Positions 1-11,603 of a DNA stretch of 18,571 nt are shown in pieces. The first letter of the stretch is position 1. Every line of letters begins with the position of its first letter. The stretch spans positions 1 to 18,571 of the forward strand of contig CAXIUT010000206.1 of the NCBI GenBank assembly GCA_964035545.1, written 5' to 3'. Both the position numbers and the translations under genes were made by a program. The DNA comes from Bugula neritina. Its lineage: Eukaryota > Animalia > Bryozoa. Below the pieces are notes generated by a model that was given only the letters and a program-made list of their open reading frames with translations, did no database searches and had not been told where the DNA came from.

Positions 1-98
1 CCCAACCCCAACCCCAACCCCAACCCCAACCCCAACCCCAACCCCAACCCCAACCCCAACCCCAACCCCAACCCCAACCCAACCCCAACCCCAACCCC
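1..98. repeat. Left telomere, (CCCCAA)n
   Basis: About 16 CCCCAA units from base 1 (one CCCAA variant near 78-82). This is the Tetrahymena-type ciliate telomeric repeat. Confidence 0.98.
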
Positions 99-145
99 TA
101 TTGAATATAATATAGGGTATATATATATATTTATTTTAAGAGGAG

Positions 146-1227
146 ATGATTCATTCATCTTACATCCTTTTCAAGGAATTCTTACCTCAATAAAAATAAC
201 TAATCCATTTGAAGTAAAAAAAAATATTCACCTCTCAATTCCACAATCAAAACTCTAAAAAAAAGTTAATACTCATCATAAGTTTAATCGTTCTAAAAGT
301 GAATTTGAATCTCATAATAATGCTAGCTCTCATCTTTTTTTGTCAACAAATACAGGGATCAATACGACCAAAAACAAAGCATTTAACTAACTCAGTTTCT
401 TAAAATTAAATGATGAAAAATTCTGTTTTGTAGTTAAATGTTAAAAAATAGAACAAAAAACAATAGTTTCTTTGGTTAAATCTTAAGAACAATCGAAAAA
501 ACAAATTAGTATACTCTCAAAACGCACAATTCATAATTTTAGTAATAAGAGTAATTGTACTCTTTTCTCGATCAAAAATAGACATATAGCTATGAAAAAG
601 CAATCAACTTCTCAAACTTAAATCAAATTTAAAATAAAACCTAAAAAAAATAAAATCAAGACTTTAAATATAAAAAATTAAATTAAAACAACTTTTAAGA
701 AAAAAACAAAACAAACTATAACTAATTTAAAACTTTTACTTAATCCTAAAGAATAAAAATAAATAAAAAGAAAAAAAGTTAAAGAAGTAATAAACTCTCT
801 CAAATATTTTTAAAGAAGAAATAAAAGTCAAGAAAGTTTATAAAAATTTGATAAAGTTTAAATTAACAAAATGAAAAATTAAAATGAGAATAAGATAATA
901 GGTCTAAAATACTCCTGAGTTAAGATTTAAAAAGGCTATTATTCAGAAAAAGAAGAAGAGTACTAATAAAAAACTATGATCAAGATTATATAAAAAAATA
1001 TAAGAAAGTTAAAATAAGAATAAAATAATTTTAAAGCAATTGAAAAGAGAAATAAATTGTAAATAAATTCAAAAACTTAGAGAATGAGAAATATCAACTC
1101 TACCTTTAGCATGTATATTGAGTAAAAAGATAATTAAGAATAGCATTAGAAAGCCAGAATTAAAACAGAGTTTTTAAAAGCTGATAAAGAATGGTTTTTA
1201 ATGAATAGACCAATTGATCCATGGTGA
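146..1227 (+). CDS. Hypothetical K/N/E-rich protein (TAR=Glu)
   Basis: Long open frame ending ...MNRPIDPW-TGA(1225-1227). The ATG at 146 joins this frame only with one extra base, probably in the A run at 216-224. One in-frame TGA at 916-918 (see findings). No recognisable domain. Confidence 0.55.
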
Positions 1228-1295
1228 TTAAATATTTTATTTAATATTTTAAATATCTAATTATTATATATATCTTTTGGGAACAAATAATGAAT

Positions 1296-2231
1296 TCAAT
1301 AAATTTAGGTTGAACACTCCTTCTATTTATCATAACGAGTTATGCTTCTTCGATTTTTTCCCTTGTTTTTTAACATTCGTTTTAATTCAGTGATACTTGG
1401 TCTTTTTAACTCATCTCTTTGCAACATTCGAACTAAAATAGCTTCAATATCTTATCCATAAAGATCTGCAACTTCTTGGCAAGCTTAACTGACTTTATCG
1501 TAATCAATTCCTTCAGTAGAGTTTCTCATATATCATAGAAAGGTCTGCTAAGAGAAGTAATTCCATAAAAACCAAGTCCTAGAGTAAAATACTACTGATG
1601 ATTATCTATTAACGATCTATTTAACTCTTAAATTTTATCCATTTAAAGCTAATCTATGAGCTTCAGGAGAATAATACCCAAAATCCATATCATCATCAAT
1701 GTCTTATTGATAGTTTTTTGAAAGCTGGTTCTAGAGATTTCAATTACAGAATAGGAGAACATAAAAACTGACTGTTACTGATAGCAAATCGATATGGTTT
1801 ATTTGTTTTCAGGATTAATTTTTTTGTCTAAGTAGAAGAACTATCTATATCTGTTGAACAAAGATGCTTAGAGCTTCTTATCTTTTAAAGGCTCGACCTT
1901 ATTGCATTCTTTACATGATTTCTTGTTCGAGATTATGAGGAGCAAAATCAAAGATAAGATAATAAAGTCTTATATCAGAGCACATAGATAAGTCGCATTA
2001 ATAATAGTTTTAAGGTTTAAGTAATAATGGTTAGTGGTTATTTGGTTATAATAATTCTTTTAGTGTTGAACTGGCTTTGAGATATGTTTTTTCAATAAGT
2101 GCATAAGGTCTTTTCGAAGCTTTGTGATGCACGACAGTTATTTAGCCATAAACAGGATCGCAGTACTTTCTAAGAGATTTATATTATTGTTCGATTTTAG
2201 TCAATATGCTTTTACTGTCTGTTATGCCCAT
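1296..2231 (-). CDS. Protein kinase-like (probable pseudokinase) with N-myristoylation-like start; several apparent frameshifts
   Basis: Starts MGITDS. Kinase-fold remnants: LIFDFAPHNLEQEI (hinge), GYYSPE (APE-like), VF.TLGL.VFMELL (helix F), RML..D..KRPS (subdomain XI). No clear HRD or DFG. Several single-base shifts between about 1500 and 1870. Confidence 0.6.
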
Positions 2232-2396
2232 CTTAAATGTTATATGGAACTATTAATATTTTTAAAGAAAAAATATTAGTCTAGCTTTAAGGAGCGTTTA
2301 AATAAAAATCAATTTATTTGTCGTCATTGACAAGTTTAGATATACTGAATCATTATTTAAGAGTGATATATTAATTTATATTTAAATATTTATTGA

Positions 2397-2997
2397 TCAT
2401 TCAGGTTTATATTCAGGTGGTTGGAAGAAGGAAACTGCTGGTTTAGCTGGCTAAAATCCTATATTACTAATATTTTACCAAATATTTTTTTGAGATTACT
2501 TCTCCAGATGAAAGCTACAAGAATATATGGCAAAAGATAGGCTGCTTCATAATAATTTTATCCTGCAATATTTCGATGAGTAATTCCTCTGATCAAAGAA
2601 AAAGGTTCGAATGGTAGAATGGCCATAACTTGTCCGCTAAAGAAAGTTCCAATCATATTGATTACAACAATCATAAGTAAACCTACAATAATAGTACTTT
2701 TGAATGAAGAAAAAGTCATTTATTGACTGAGTGCTTTTAGTTGTCCTTCGACAGCCGCAATCTTTTTTTAATGTCCTTTGTTTTGAGCTTGAATAACATG
2801 AGTGCTCTTGAGTTTATCAAGTTTTTTATTGAGTTTTTCAACTTCAACTTGCTTAAAAGATATTTACTTTTGTTAAGTTTGTAGTCTTCTTTTCGATAGA
2901 GAAGGAAGTAGCTGATCAGCTCGCTGAGAGTAGATGCACAAATAGCTGCTGCAACTATCATTAGAAACTTTAAAGGTTCAAACACAAACTGACTCAT
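2397..2997 (-). CDS. TMCO1: TMCO1/EMC3-family (DUF106) ER membrane protein, 2 introns
   Basis: Removing 20-nt introns 2848-2867 and 2459-2478 gives 187 codons: ELISYFLLYRKEDYK..K.EVEKLNKKLDK, FSGQVMAILPFEPFSLIRGITHRNIAGE, KKIFGFEP. These match TMCO1 motifs (LPF.P...HRN). Confidence 0.85.
2459..2478 (-). other. 20-nt spliceosomal intron (TMCO1)
   Basis: GTAAAATATTAGTAATATAG; removal restores the frame. Confidence 0.85.
2848..2867 (-). other. 20-nt spliceosomal intron (TMCO1)
   Basis: GTAAATATCTTTTAAGCAAG; removal restores the frame (LNK-IEVEK). Confidence 0.8.
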
Positions 2998-3077
2998 ATG
3001 TTGATTTGTTTTTATTATAATCAACTCAGAATTTAGAGATCATTTATAAATATATATTAATTTATCAACTTGAACTC

Positions 3078-3509
3078 ATGAATACTCGATCAAGTAATCA
3101 ACAGAGAATTCCAATGTAACCTTAACTTGAAGAATGCGAGGCTGAAGGCATAAGAGATCGAAAAATATATTTTGGAAAGTACTATTATCTGATTAAATGG
3201 AAAGGACATCCAGAAAGTTCAAACAGTTGGGAACCCAGAGAGCATCTCTAGTAAATAATTCAATCTATTTTGAGTTATAATTACTTAGAAGAGAAGTAAT
3301 TCAAAATTCAATTATATGAATTTCAAATTGCAAAAATTACCAAGAAGATAAAATAGTTGGAAGAGAAAAAGAGAAATTCTACCAGAAATAAAGAAAAATA
3401 TCAAGAAAAAATCGATAAACAAATCTAAAAGAGGAATAACATATAAAGCTAATTTTTTCAGATAGTTCAAATAAAACAATCAAAGACAAAAAAATATATC
3501 ATTTATTGA
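3078..3509 (+). CDS. Chromodomain protein, 143 aa
   Basis: Uninterrupted frame to TGA, containing EAEGIRDRKIYFGKYYYLIKWKGHPESSNSWEPREHL (chromodomain signature) followed by a coiled-coil tail. Confidence 0.85.
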
Positions 3510-3572
3510 CCGTAAAAAGTGATTTAGTTGATAGTTTATGAGTTTTGAATAATCAATATCTTGAAATAAATA

Positions 3573-4199
3573 TCATTTAGTCCTACTTTAAATTGTAGGA
3601 ACTTTTCGTCTACTTTGTTTTACATGTCGAACAGTCAACGATATTCTTTAAAAATCAGCTTATTTGTACTTTTATCCTTGAACAGTTCTTGAAATACCAT
3701 GTTTCCATTTGAAACGAACTTATTCTGATAATACATAACAACTTCTATCATTTATTTCTAGAAGATATTAAAGATTTTTGTCTTAAACATTGATTAATCG
3801 AAGATATTCAGTTGATCCCAGAGAAATTCCTACAATTATATCTCCAAAAGAATCAGTATCTTAGACATGCATTCCGAGGCGGTCTTTTTGACAATATTTA
3901 TTGACTAGTATTTGATTAGGAGGATCTTTTTATTAAAAGATTTTTTGTTTAATTGTTTAATTGACGATAAAGTTAAATTATTGAAGAGGGTAGTGTGAAT
4001 TAGATTAAATAGGCTGAAGATATTAATTTTCAATTTTAGTTTGAAAATATTTGATACCATAGTATTGTTGTTATCTTCTTAATTCTTTACACCATGCATG
4101 ACTATTAATTATTGCGAAGGACTTTTGTTTTTGTTCAATTGAAATAAAGTTTTCAAAATATTTTAATCCTGGAATCAAAGAAGGTTGTTTAAGGATCAT
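3573..4199 (-). CDS. AlkB-family 2OG-Fe(II) dioxygenase, 208 aa
   Basis: Intronless, clean frame: IPGLKYFENFIS, LRREQQYYG, PNQILVNKY, GMHVEDTDSFGDIIVGISLGS, SCYVLSEEVRFKWKHGI, RISLTVR. This gives the NxY, Hx(D/E), H and RxSxTxR motifs. Absent from the supplied ORF track. Confidence 0.9.
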
Positions 4200-4262
4200 A
4201 TTTAATGTGATAAGATTCTGAACTAAATTATGAATAAGCTAATAATAGATTATATTTACTCC

Positions 4263-4916
4263 ATGTACTTAGGAAATTCTTCAATAAAAAGAGTAGATAA
4301 ACAAAAAGTTGAGCAGAGTTAACTATTAAATGAGATAGAGGAACAGTTGAATCTAACTTGTTTTATATGCTCCCATATTTTTAATACTACTAATCGTATC
4401 CCTAAAATGATTTGTAAAAGACAACATACATATTGTGCTGAATGCATTAACCTTATACTGAGATCTCGACCACTGAAATGTCCTTAGTGTAGATTTAGAA
4501 TATCAGAAGTTAATATATCAATAAACAAAACAATTCTCTCCTTTTTGGAACATTTTCCTGCCCTTCAGAAAGAAATAGATATTAAAATAGAAGCTACCCA
4601 ACAGCTTAAACAATAAAATTATGATCTTATGGCCTAAATTCTTAAATTGAAACTACAATTGACTAGAATAAATCGTTAAAATCCTTAAAAAAATGAAATA
4701 TAAGATGAAATAAAACCTTAATAAAGTGCATAAATTCCCAAGTCAGTTAAAACTAATAAAAAAGAAGTAAGTTTATCACAAAAAACTAATTAATATTCTC
4801 TTTCAAAGGGAACTCCAATAACTAAAAGCGATAGAAAATCAATAAATAATGAATTTAATCAAATGTTCAGTCCAATTATTCGTGGCTTCAAAAGACCGAC
4901 AAACTTACTTTTATGA
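4263..4916 (+). CDS. C3HC4 RING-finger protein (probable E3 ligase)
   Basis: CFIC...PKMICKRQHTYCAECI...KCPECR followed by coiled coil; clean frame to TGA. An alternative in-frame ATG lies at 4230. Confidence 0.85.
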
Positions 4917-4984
4917 TTATTGCTTCACTTTAGTTATTTAATATTTATAGTAATGTTTAAATTATTTTTAAAGATATATTTGAA

Positions 4985-5624
4985 TCAATAGATATTTTTG
5001 ACCATCACTGCATAGAAGTCATCGAAACTTATGTGTCCATCTTTATTGCTATCAGCCTTCTCAACCATCATAAGAAGAGTTTCGGAGTCTACGTTTTCTT
5101 TAAGATGCGAGTTCATATCCTTTAAGTCTTCCAATGTTAGATAGTTTTTGTTATGTCTGTCATATTTCTTGAAAATTGAGGCAATCATCTTTTTACTTTA
5201 ATTCTTGTAAGGACGAGTATCCATAGCCTTCATAAACTAGATAAAACTGATTCCTCCTGTTTCTTCACTATCAAATTAAGCCACAATCTAATAAGTTGTT
5301 TTACGATTTGGTTCAAAGTTGTTTTGAGTCAGTAAAAGCTTAATATCATTTGGAAGCAAAACTCCCATACCAGTTGAGTCATATGAATCAAAAACTTCCT
5401 TTAAATCTATCACATCTTGATAGTTCAGACTGCCAGTCACATAAAGAGAAGGTTCAAACTATCTCAAATCTTTTCTTTAAACCTGACTCCATACATATCA
5501 CTTCTATCTATCTTTGATTCACTTTTATCAGGACTATAGCCGAACTTTGAGAAGAGTTGCGCATCTCACTACTTCTACCAGTTCTGAAGGAACTAGTTTG
5601 ATTTTTAGGTACTCTCATAGACAT
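4985..5624 (-). CDS. Centrin-like EF-hand protein with N-terminal extension
   Basis: DLKEVFDSYDSTGMG, FDSEETGGISFIEF, IFKKYDRHNKNYLTLEDL, ADSNKDGHISFDDFYAVMVKNIY: four EF-hand-like units with a centrin-type C-terminus. The 5' part needs either a 19-nt intron (5483-5501) or two single-base corrections. Confidence 0.8.
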
Positions 5625-5832
5625 TTTTTTTCCTTAGATATCTTAAAGTAATAAAAATTAACAATAAATCAGTTATTCTTTGATAAATCAAAAAAAACTT
5701 ATTATTTATCATTTGAACTGCATAATAATCTTTCTTAGAATGATATTTTTGATAAATTAATTTTAATCAGTAAAGAAATAGCACTTGTTTATCAGCTACG
5801 TATTTAAATAATAATTAATATTACTTTAGAAA

Positions 5833-6420
5833 ATGACTAAATCATTGTTGCTGGTAGCAATCTTAGCCCTATACTCAGTTGAAGCACTCTACTTTGGAAT
5901 TACAGCTAAGCCTTTCTGCTTCGATATTGAAGAATAGCCTGGAAAAACCATTAAATTCTTTTACGAAGTCACAGGGGAAAAACCAGAAGAAACTCAAGTT
6001 CATATTGTTAGTGACAATAAAGTAGTTCAACTAAGTCTTACAGGTTAGAATAATAGAACCTAAATTAGTGGTGACAGTTCTCTTAATGTTTGTTTTGTTT
6101 CAACTGATGGTGGATATAAATCAGTTTCTGTAGATTTCTTTACTCATGATAAGGCTCATCTCTTAGAATTAGCAAAGAAAAGTTAAATTTATTAACTCCA
6201 TACTAAGCTAATTGATGTCGGAGAAGGACTCAAAGAAATTACCAAGAACGAACTTTTCGAAGAACAAAGACAGATAATTCAAGCTGAGATTATCACAAAC
6301 CATGAAAATAAGGTCAAAAATTTCGCTATCATTAAACTACTAGCTATTATAGTAGTTGCTGGAGGACAACTATACCTACTCAAGAAAATGCTTGACAAGC
6401 AAGGTTATCAACCAGTTTGA
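5833..6420 (+). CDS. p24/emp24/gp25L (GOLD domain) cargo receptor, 195 aa
   Basis: Signal peptide, two Cys (FCF...VCF), coiled coil, C-terminal TM ending GGQLYLLKKML, and a terminal V. Clean frame. Confidence 0.8.
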
Positions 6421-6494
6421 TGATTCATTATCGTATAATTGTGATAAAATAAAATCATACTCATATAGAAATTATTAGAATCAAATAATATCAT

Positions 6495-9400
6495 TCAAAG
6501 CTTTTCTCCAGAAAGAATTAATAAATTCATTGCTTCTTTTTGAGCTTGATATAGTTTGGCATTCAACTATTAGTTTTCTTCTTGAAGTGATTAGCAAGTG
6601 AATTCTTTCTCTAAGATGAGTTTCGAAAGGAGATCTCTTTCTTCAGTTATTCTCTTAACCATTTCTGCTATATCAAGAGCTTCTCTGACTGCTTGTTAAA
6701 GCTTTTGATTGTTGAGTCGTAAATCTTGCTCTGTATCTTCAAATCTATTAACTTCATCTTATAGATTAACAATTTTAGCATTTCCTTGATCTTCTAAGTT
6801 TTCAAGTTCAGCTTATTTTAGTTCTCGGACTCTATCTTTCCAGGTGATCATAGTATACATCTTAATTTTTCTCAAGTTTTTTAGAAGTAAATGAGCACAA
6901 AGTTTTTCTTTTCGATCTTCGTGATAAGAAAGAATTTTATGAACTTTCATTTCATCTTGAATTTTCTCTTCTAGACTCATTTTTTTACTATATTCCATTT
7001 CCATTTTATCTTTTTGCCTATTTAATATTTTGATTAATCCTTTACGTTCCATTGTATCGAAAAGTTTATTAAAATCTGAGGAGGCTTTATGCCATATTCT
7101 AAATGCATAGAAAACATCTGGTTTTCTAAGATTATTTCTTACAAATTTGGCATATTTTCTATATTTTTATCTAACAAGCATATATGTTTTGAGATTATTC
7201 CAAGCTTTTGCTGGAGCTGAGTAACCATTCATTGAAAGAATTAATCTAGAAATAAATCGATATCGAAGATTATTATCTTTCTTTACTTGTTGATCTTTTT
7301 TCTCTTGGAAACGAGGAGAAACAACAAATTTACCGCCATCATCTTCTAACAAAAGACCCTTTTACTTTTTAAAATCTTCAAGGAATACTTTGAGCCGATT
7401 AATTTCAATTTTCTCTTTTTGACCTAACCTTCTTCTTCATGCATTTGTTTGACTCTTTTGGCTTATGTTTCCAGTTTCCATGAGAAAAATAGATCTTTTA
7501 CTCTCCAATTCATTGCATTTCTTGTAATTTTTCTCATTAAATTTTTAGCAATTCTCATTTAATATTAATTTCTTCTCCATTTTCTTATATTAAAGCTCAA
7601 AATAGCCTTTCTTTTCTTTTCAAAAGTTTAAATTACATGTTGGATTCTGTTAGTTAAATCACTTTTTTTCAATACATCTTTATTATTGGCATAATTTTTA
7701 GCTCTTGTGAAGAAGCCTTCTAAAGTATTATGGATCATAAATGGACAGAACTTGTTAATAAACAATCTGTTAATAGATTTTCTTCTATATTTATTTTGAG
7801 AGGTATATTAAATAAAAGATCTCATTCTTAACTCTTGCCATTTTTTAACAAATTTATTAAATCTAGCTTTAAATTAAATTTTCTTGTTTACTTTTTTCTT
7901 AATCAATGATATTAATTATGATGAATAGCCTCTAAAAAGCCAAGTACTTAATTTATTCTTTTTTATGTTATTGAAAATCTTTTTTTGAGTATATTGTCTC
8001 CAGACATTCCATAATCCTCTGATAGTAGGATCATATTGTCGATAGGTAACTTGACCATCATGTAAATTGATTGCATAATTATATTTTTTCTAAAGTCCTT
8101 CAAATCTTTTCATTTGTCTTTTTCTTCATCTGTCCATAATATTACTCGTTTATCTAGAAGTGTATATCTCCAAGTTCTGAAAGCAAAACCGGCATTAAAC
8201 CTGAATTTTTTTGTGTAAATACGATCCAAATTATCTCTTAATTTCTTATGAAAAATTTATTCTTTCATCTACTTGACAAAATATACAAAAGTTTCTTTGA
8301 GAACTCTATTGCTGAGTTGTTTATCGATATTACTCCATTTTTAGATAAAATTATCTGTAGTTTTTCTCCAATCTCTAAAACAAAATTTGAGCATTTTCTT
8401 TCCCCAAGCTTTTGCATAACTTTTAAGTTTTAGTTTAGTCATGAATTATGTTTTCTTTTCAAATATTTAACCGTCTTTTTTGAAGAATTAATTTTCAGAC
8501 TTCATTCTAACACTTTATTTTTCACTTTGTTCGACAAATATTTCCTGATTTTTTGCCATATTTTAATATTCAGTTTGAAATCTTTTATGTTTATCTTGGA
8601 GATCTGCTAAGTTAAAATCTTCTTCTTTTTTATTGAAACTTGATACAAACTTATTCTTGAGCATTATCCTTGACTTTCTTTATAATATTTATGCAAAATT
8701 TAGAACATTATGCTCTCTTTTTACCCTTGCTCTCCATCTTTGAATATAAGATCCAAATTTCGATTTTATATTTTTTACGAAAATAGATACAATCCTAATA
8801 TTTTTCTTTCCTCTAAAGTTTATTCTTTATCTTTAAGTCTATTTTTAAGAATTTATATTTTACCTTATTCTTCAGTTGAAACTGCATCAATTTTATTTAT
8901 TTATTCTTTGAGCTCATCAATATCTGCCTGAATCAAACCTCTTTCGTATAGATGTTCTTAATTTCTGATTTTTCCAAATCCTACATAGAAATCAAGTTAA
9001 AGATTTCTTTCAAAGACACCTCCAAGAGTTCTTTTAAGTCTTTTGTTTTTATCTTTATTTAATTGAAATGCATTGAAGCCTTTTCTAGCTAGTCTATCTT
9101 GAATGATTTTTTCTTTACTTAAGACAAAATATTAAACTCTATTTTATTCATTGGTTATTTTATTATCTTATTTAAGAATCCACATAAATACCTGTTTAAC
9201 TTTAGTTTAAGTCATCTAGTTGATTCTATGACAAACTTTTCTGAATCTCCAAAATTTATATCCACTTCTCATAAATTTATATAAAAATTTTAACTTTATT
9301 TCTTTTTCATTTCTACAAATTTTCTTCAAGAGGTTCATAAACTTAGTTTTCTCCAGTTAATGTGTTTTAGTATCTAAAACTTCTTTGATATGCTTGTTCT

Positions 9401-11237
9401 AGTCAAGAAGATAATTATAACTGAATTAACAACTCTGAATCTTGTCGTTAATCGATTTCTTCAGCATCGCGAATCTCTTCTTAAGAATTTTTGCAAAACC
9501 AAAATTTTATCAAATGATTTTTTACTCTAAATCATATTCATTATAGTCAAAATAACTTTGCTTTGTTGCTTTCTAAGACGCCAAATATCAAAAGCTTTCT
9601 GCATTTTAGTCTTTAAGTATCTTGAAATTTTCATTAAGGCCAGATCTTGATAGAGAATCTTTTTTTATGAATGCATCTCCTTAACATCATCTTCTAATTG
9701 CTACTTTTTTTCATTTATATTGATTTTTTCTTCTTTAAGTCCATCAATTTTAGAAAGGGTACTAAATAAAATAAAATATACGTTTATTTTTTGATAGAAG
9801 TTAAAGTTTTCGATTTTGAATCGATTTAATTAATTTTTAGATTTGTTCCTATAAGTAATTATCCAAGTATTCTTCTCTTTTTTAAGGCTAAAAGTTTTTT
9901 TAGTTCTTTGAAATACTTAATAAATAAATAAGTACCCGTCTTTTTATATTTTTATTTTCTAATCCACGTGATTTAGATAGTTTAGCCCAAGCTGTGAAAA
10001 AGAGACTCATTACTAAAAATTGACTCTGTTATTTTGAACTAGTCTAAATCTATTGATTAATATCATATTTTCTTGTAGCTATCCTAAGAGAACTGAAGAA
10101 ATGAACTTTAGTTCGATTCATAAAGGTGTTCCAAACATGATTAATGGTCAAGATAGACTTTTGATGGAAAGGATTTGATTTATAGTACTTAAGCATATTG
10201 AAACTAGAATATAGATTGCTTTTGAAAAAAGATTAACTAATTTTTTGGAAGACATTTTGAACTTCAAACCTTCTAGTTGTAGTAAATTAAGCATTTTTAG
10301 CTTCAGTTCTCCATTGCCTCCATACCTGAGCTTTTATTCTTCTTTTCTGAGTTGCTGATATGATTCTACTAGCCGTTTCTTGTTCTTCTAGAGGTTTAAA
10401 ACTGCTTCTAAGTAAGCCGAGAATTCTATTTTTAACAGAAAGAATATATTTTTTGCGAATAAGAGATAGTTGAAATACTTTTTTCTGGGCCCATTTTCTA
10501 AGCATACTATATCTCTGCATTTTAGAAAAGTTTTTTCTCAGCTTATTACCATATATTATTGACATTAATGAACCTATTAACTTTGCAGTTTATCCTTTTT
10601 TAAATTAATTAAACTCTGTTGCTGATTTTTAATATACCTTATTTTTTATTAAATTTAAAGAGATATTTCTTTTTATTTAGGTTAGTGAACTTTTCTTTTA
10701 CTGACTAGTATTTAATTTTCTGCTCTTAGACGTTAGTTTTAATTTTCTATATTTTGAAGTACAATCTTGGTGCCTTAATTTTGTGCTTTAAGACTTAATA
10801 TTTCCATTTAAATTCCTTTCCTATCATTTTGTATTTGTGCTATTTTTTGTTCTTCAAAAATGGTAGCTTATCTTGCTTCTTTGATTTTTCTTAACAAAAT
10901 TTATTCAGAAGATTTAAGTACATTTAGTTTATCAATAAGTAGTTTCTTTTAATTCTCGATTTCCATATCTTCTTTGTAGATAGTTGATGATATCTTTGAC
11001 TTGATATTATTGATCTCAGTTTCTGTGAGTGCGATATTGTCAGTGGTGACTTGCAGTTATAATTGTAGTTCTTTAATTTTTGTGTTTGTTTATGCATTTC
11101 TGTATAAGTTAAATGATACTTCATGCGGAGGACATCGTTTTAATTTGGATGAGGTAAACTGTATCAGTTGAAGGATTTTCTTTATTCTTTTGAGACCCTC
11201 TTCTAGTTTATTACCTGCTATTTGATGACCGGTGCAT
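6495..11237 (-). CDS. ~1,560-aa helical protein with Sfi1-like (F/L)xxW(K/R) repeats and terminal coiled coils
   Basis: Reads as one frame after removing 20-nt introns 9916-9935 and 9762-9781 and correcting several homopolymer deletions (about 7350-7980 only spot-checked). Repeats include MLRKWA, VWRQWR, KAFDIWR, YKFWR, YIQRWR, LKFCFRDWR, AFRTWR, LWNVWR, AFRIWH. Ends ...LQEENEELNAKL...GEKL-TGA. Confidence 0.7.
9762..9781 (-). other. 20-nt spliceosomal intron (Sfi1-like gene)
   Basis: GTATATTTTATTTTATTTAG; removal restores the frame. Confidence 0.85.
9916..9935 (-). other. 20-nt spliceosomal intron (Sfi1-like gene)
   Basis: GTACTTATTTATTTATTAAG; removal restores the frame. Confidence 0.85.
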
Positions 11238-11603
11238 TTTTGAATTATTTAAACTTAAATATAATCATAACGACTACAATCTTTTTGATTTCTGAAACTT
11301 CATAAATCATCCTTTATTGTATATTGTTATCATATTAATATTATCTTCAATTTGATTTAGCATAAATAAATATAGTTTATAGATGATCAGTCTTTCTAAA
11401 TTATTTGTAAGCTATTTAAATTTAAATATATCCTGTTTTTGAGTTAAGTATGATTGGAGGCTAAATATTCTGATGAATTGAGGAATTTTACCACTAGATT
11501 ATTGATTAAGGTGATAGTTCAAGTTGAATTGCCTTATGTTTGTTTCGTATAAATTGACTTTTTTTCAAGGCTTGCCTATAATTAGAAATTCTTCCATTAA
11601 GTC
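11238..11603. promoter_or_regulatory. Divergent intergenic region, probable bidirectional promoter
   Basis: Longest non-coding gap in the window (366 bp), AT-rich, between two head-to-head ATGs. No specific motif identified. Confidence 0.35.

Noticed and set aside
3510-4200. Continuation of the chromodomain gene into a chromo-RING fusion
   Set aside because: The plus strand has repeated TGA stops, and the region is a clean minus-strand AlkB gene.
8248-8931. Plus-strand ORFs 8248-8433 and 8710-8931 (also 14146-14367 minus, 14246-14431, 14973-15206 minus, 17691-17918)
   Set aside because: They are antisense or off-frame shadows of longer genes that read well under TAR=Glu.
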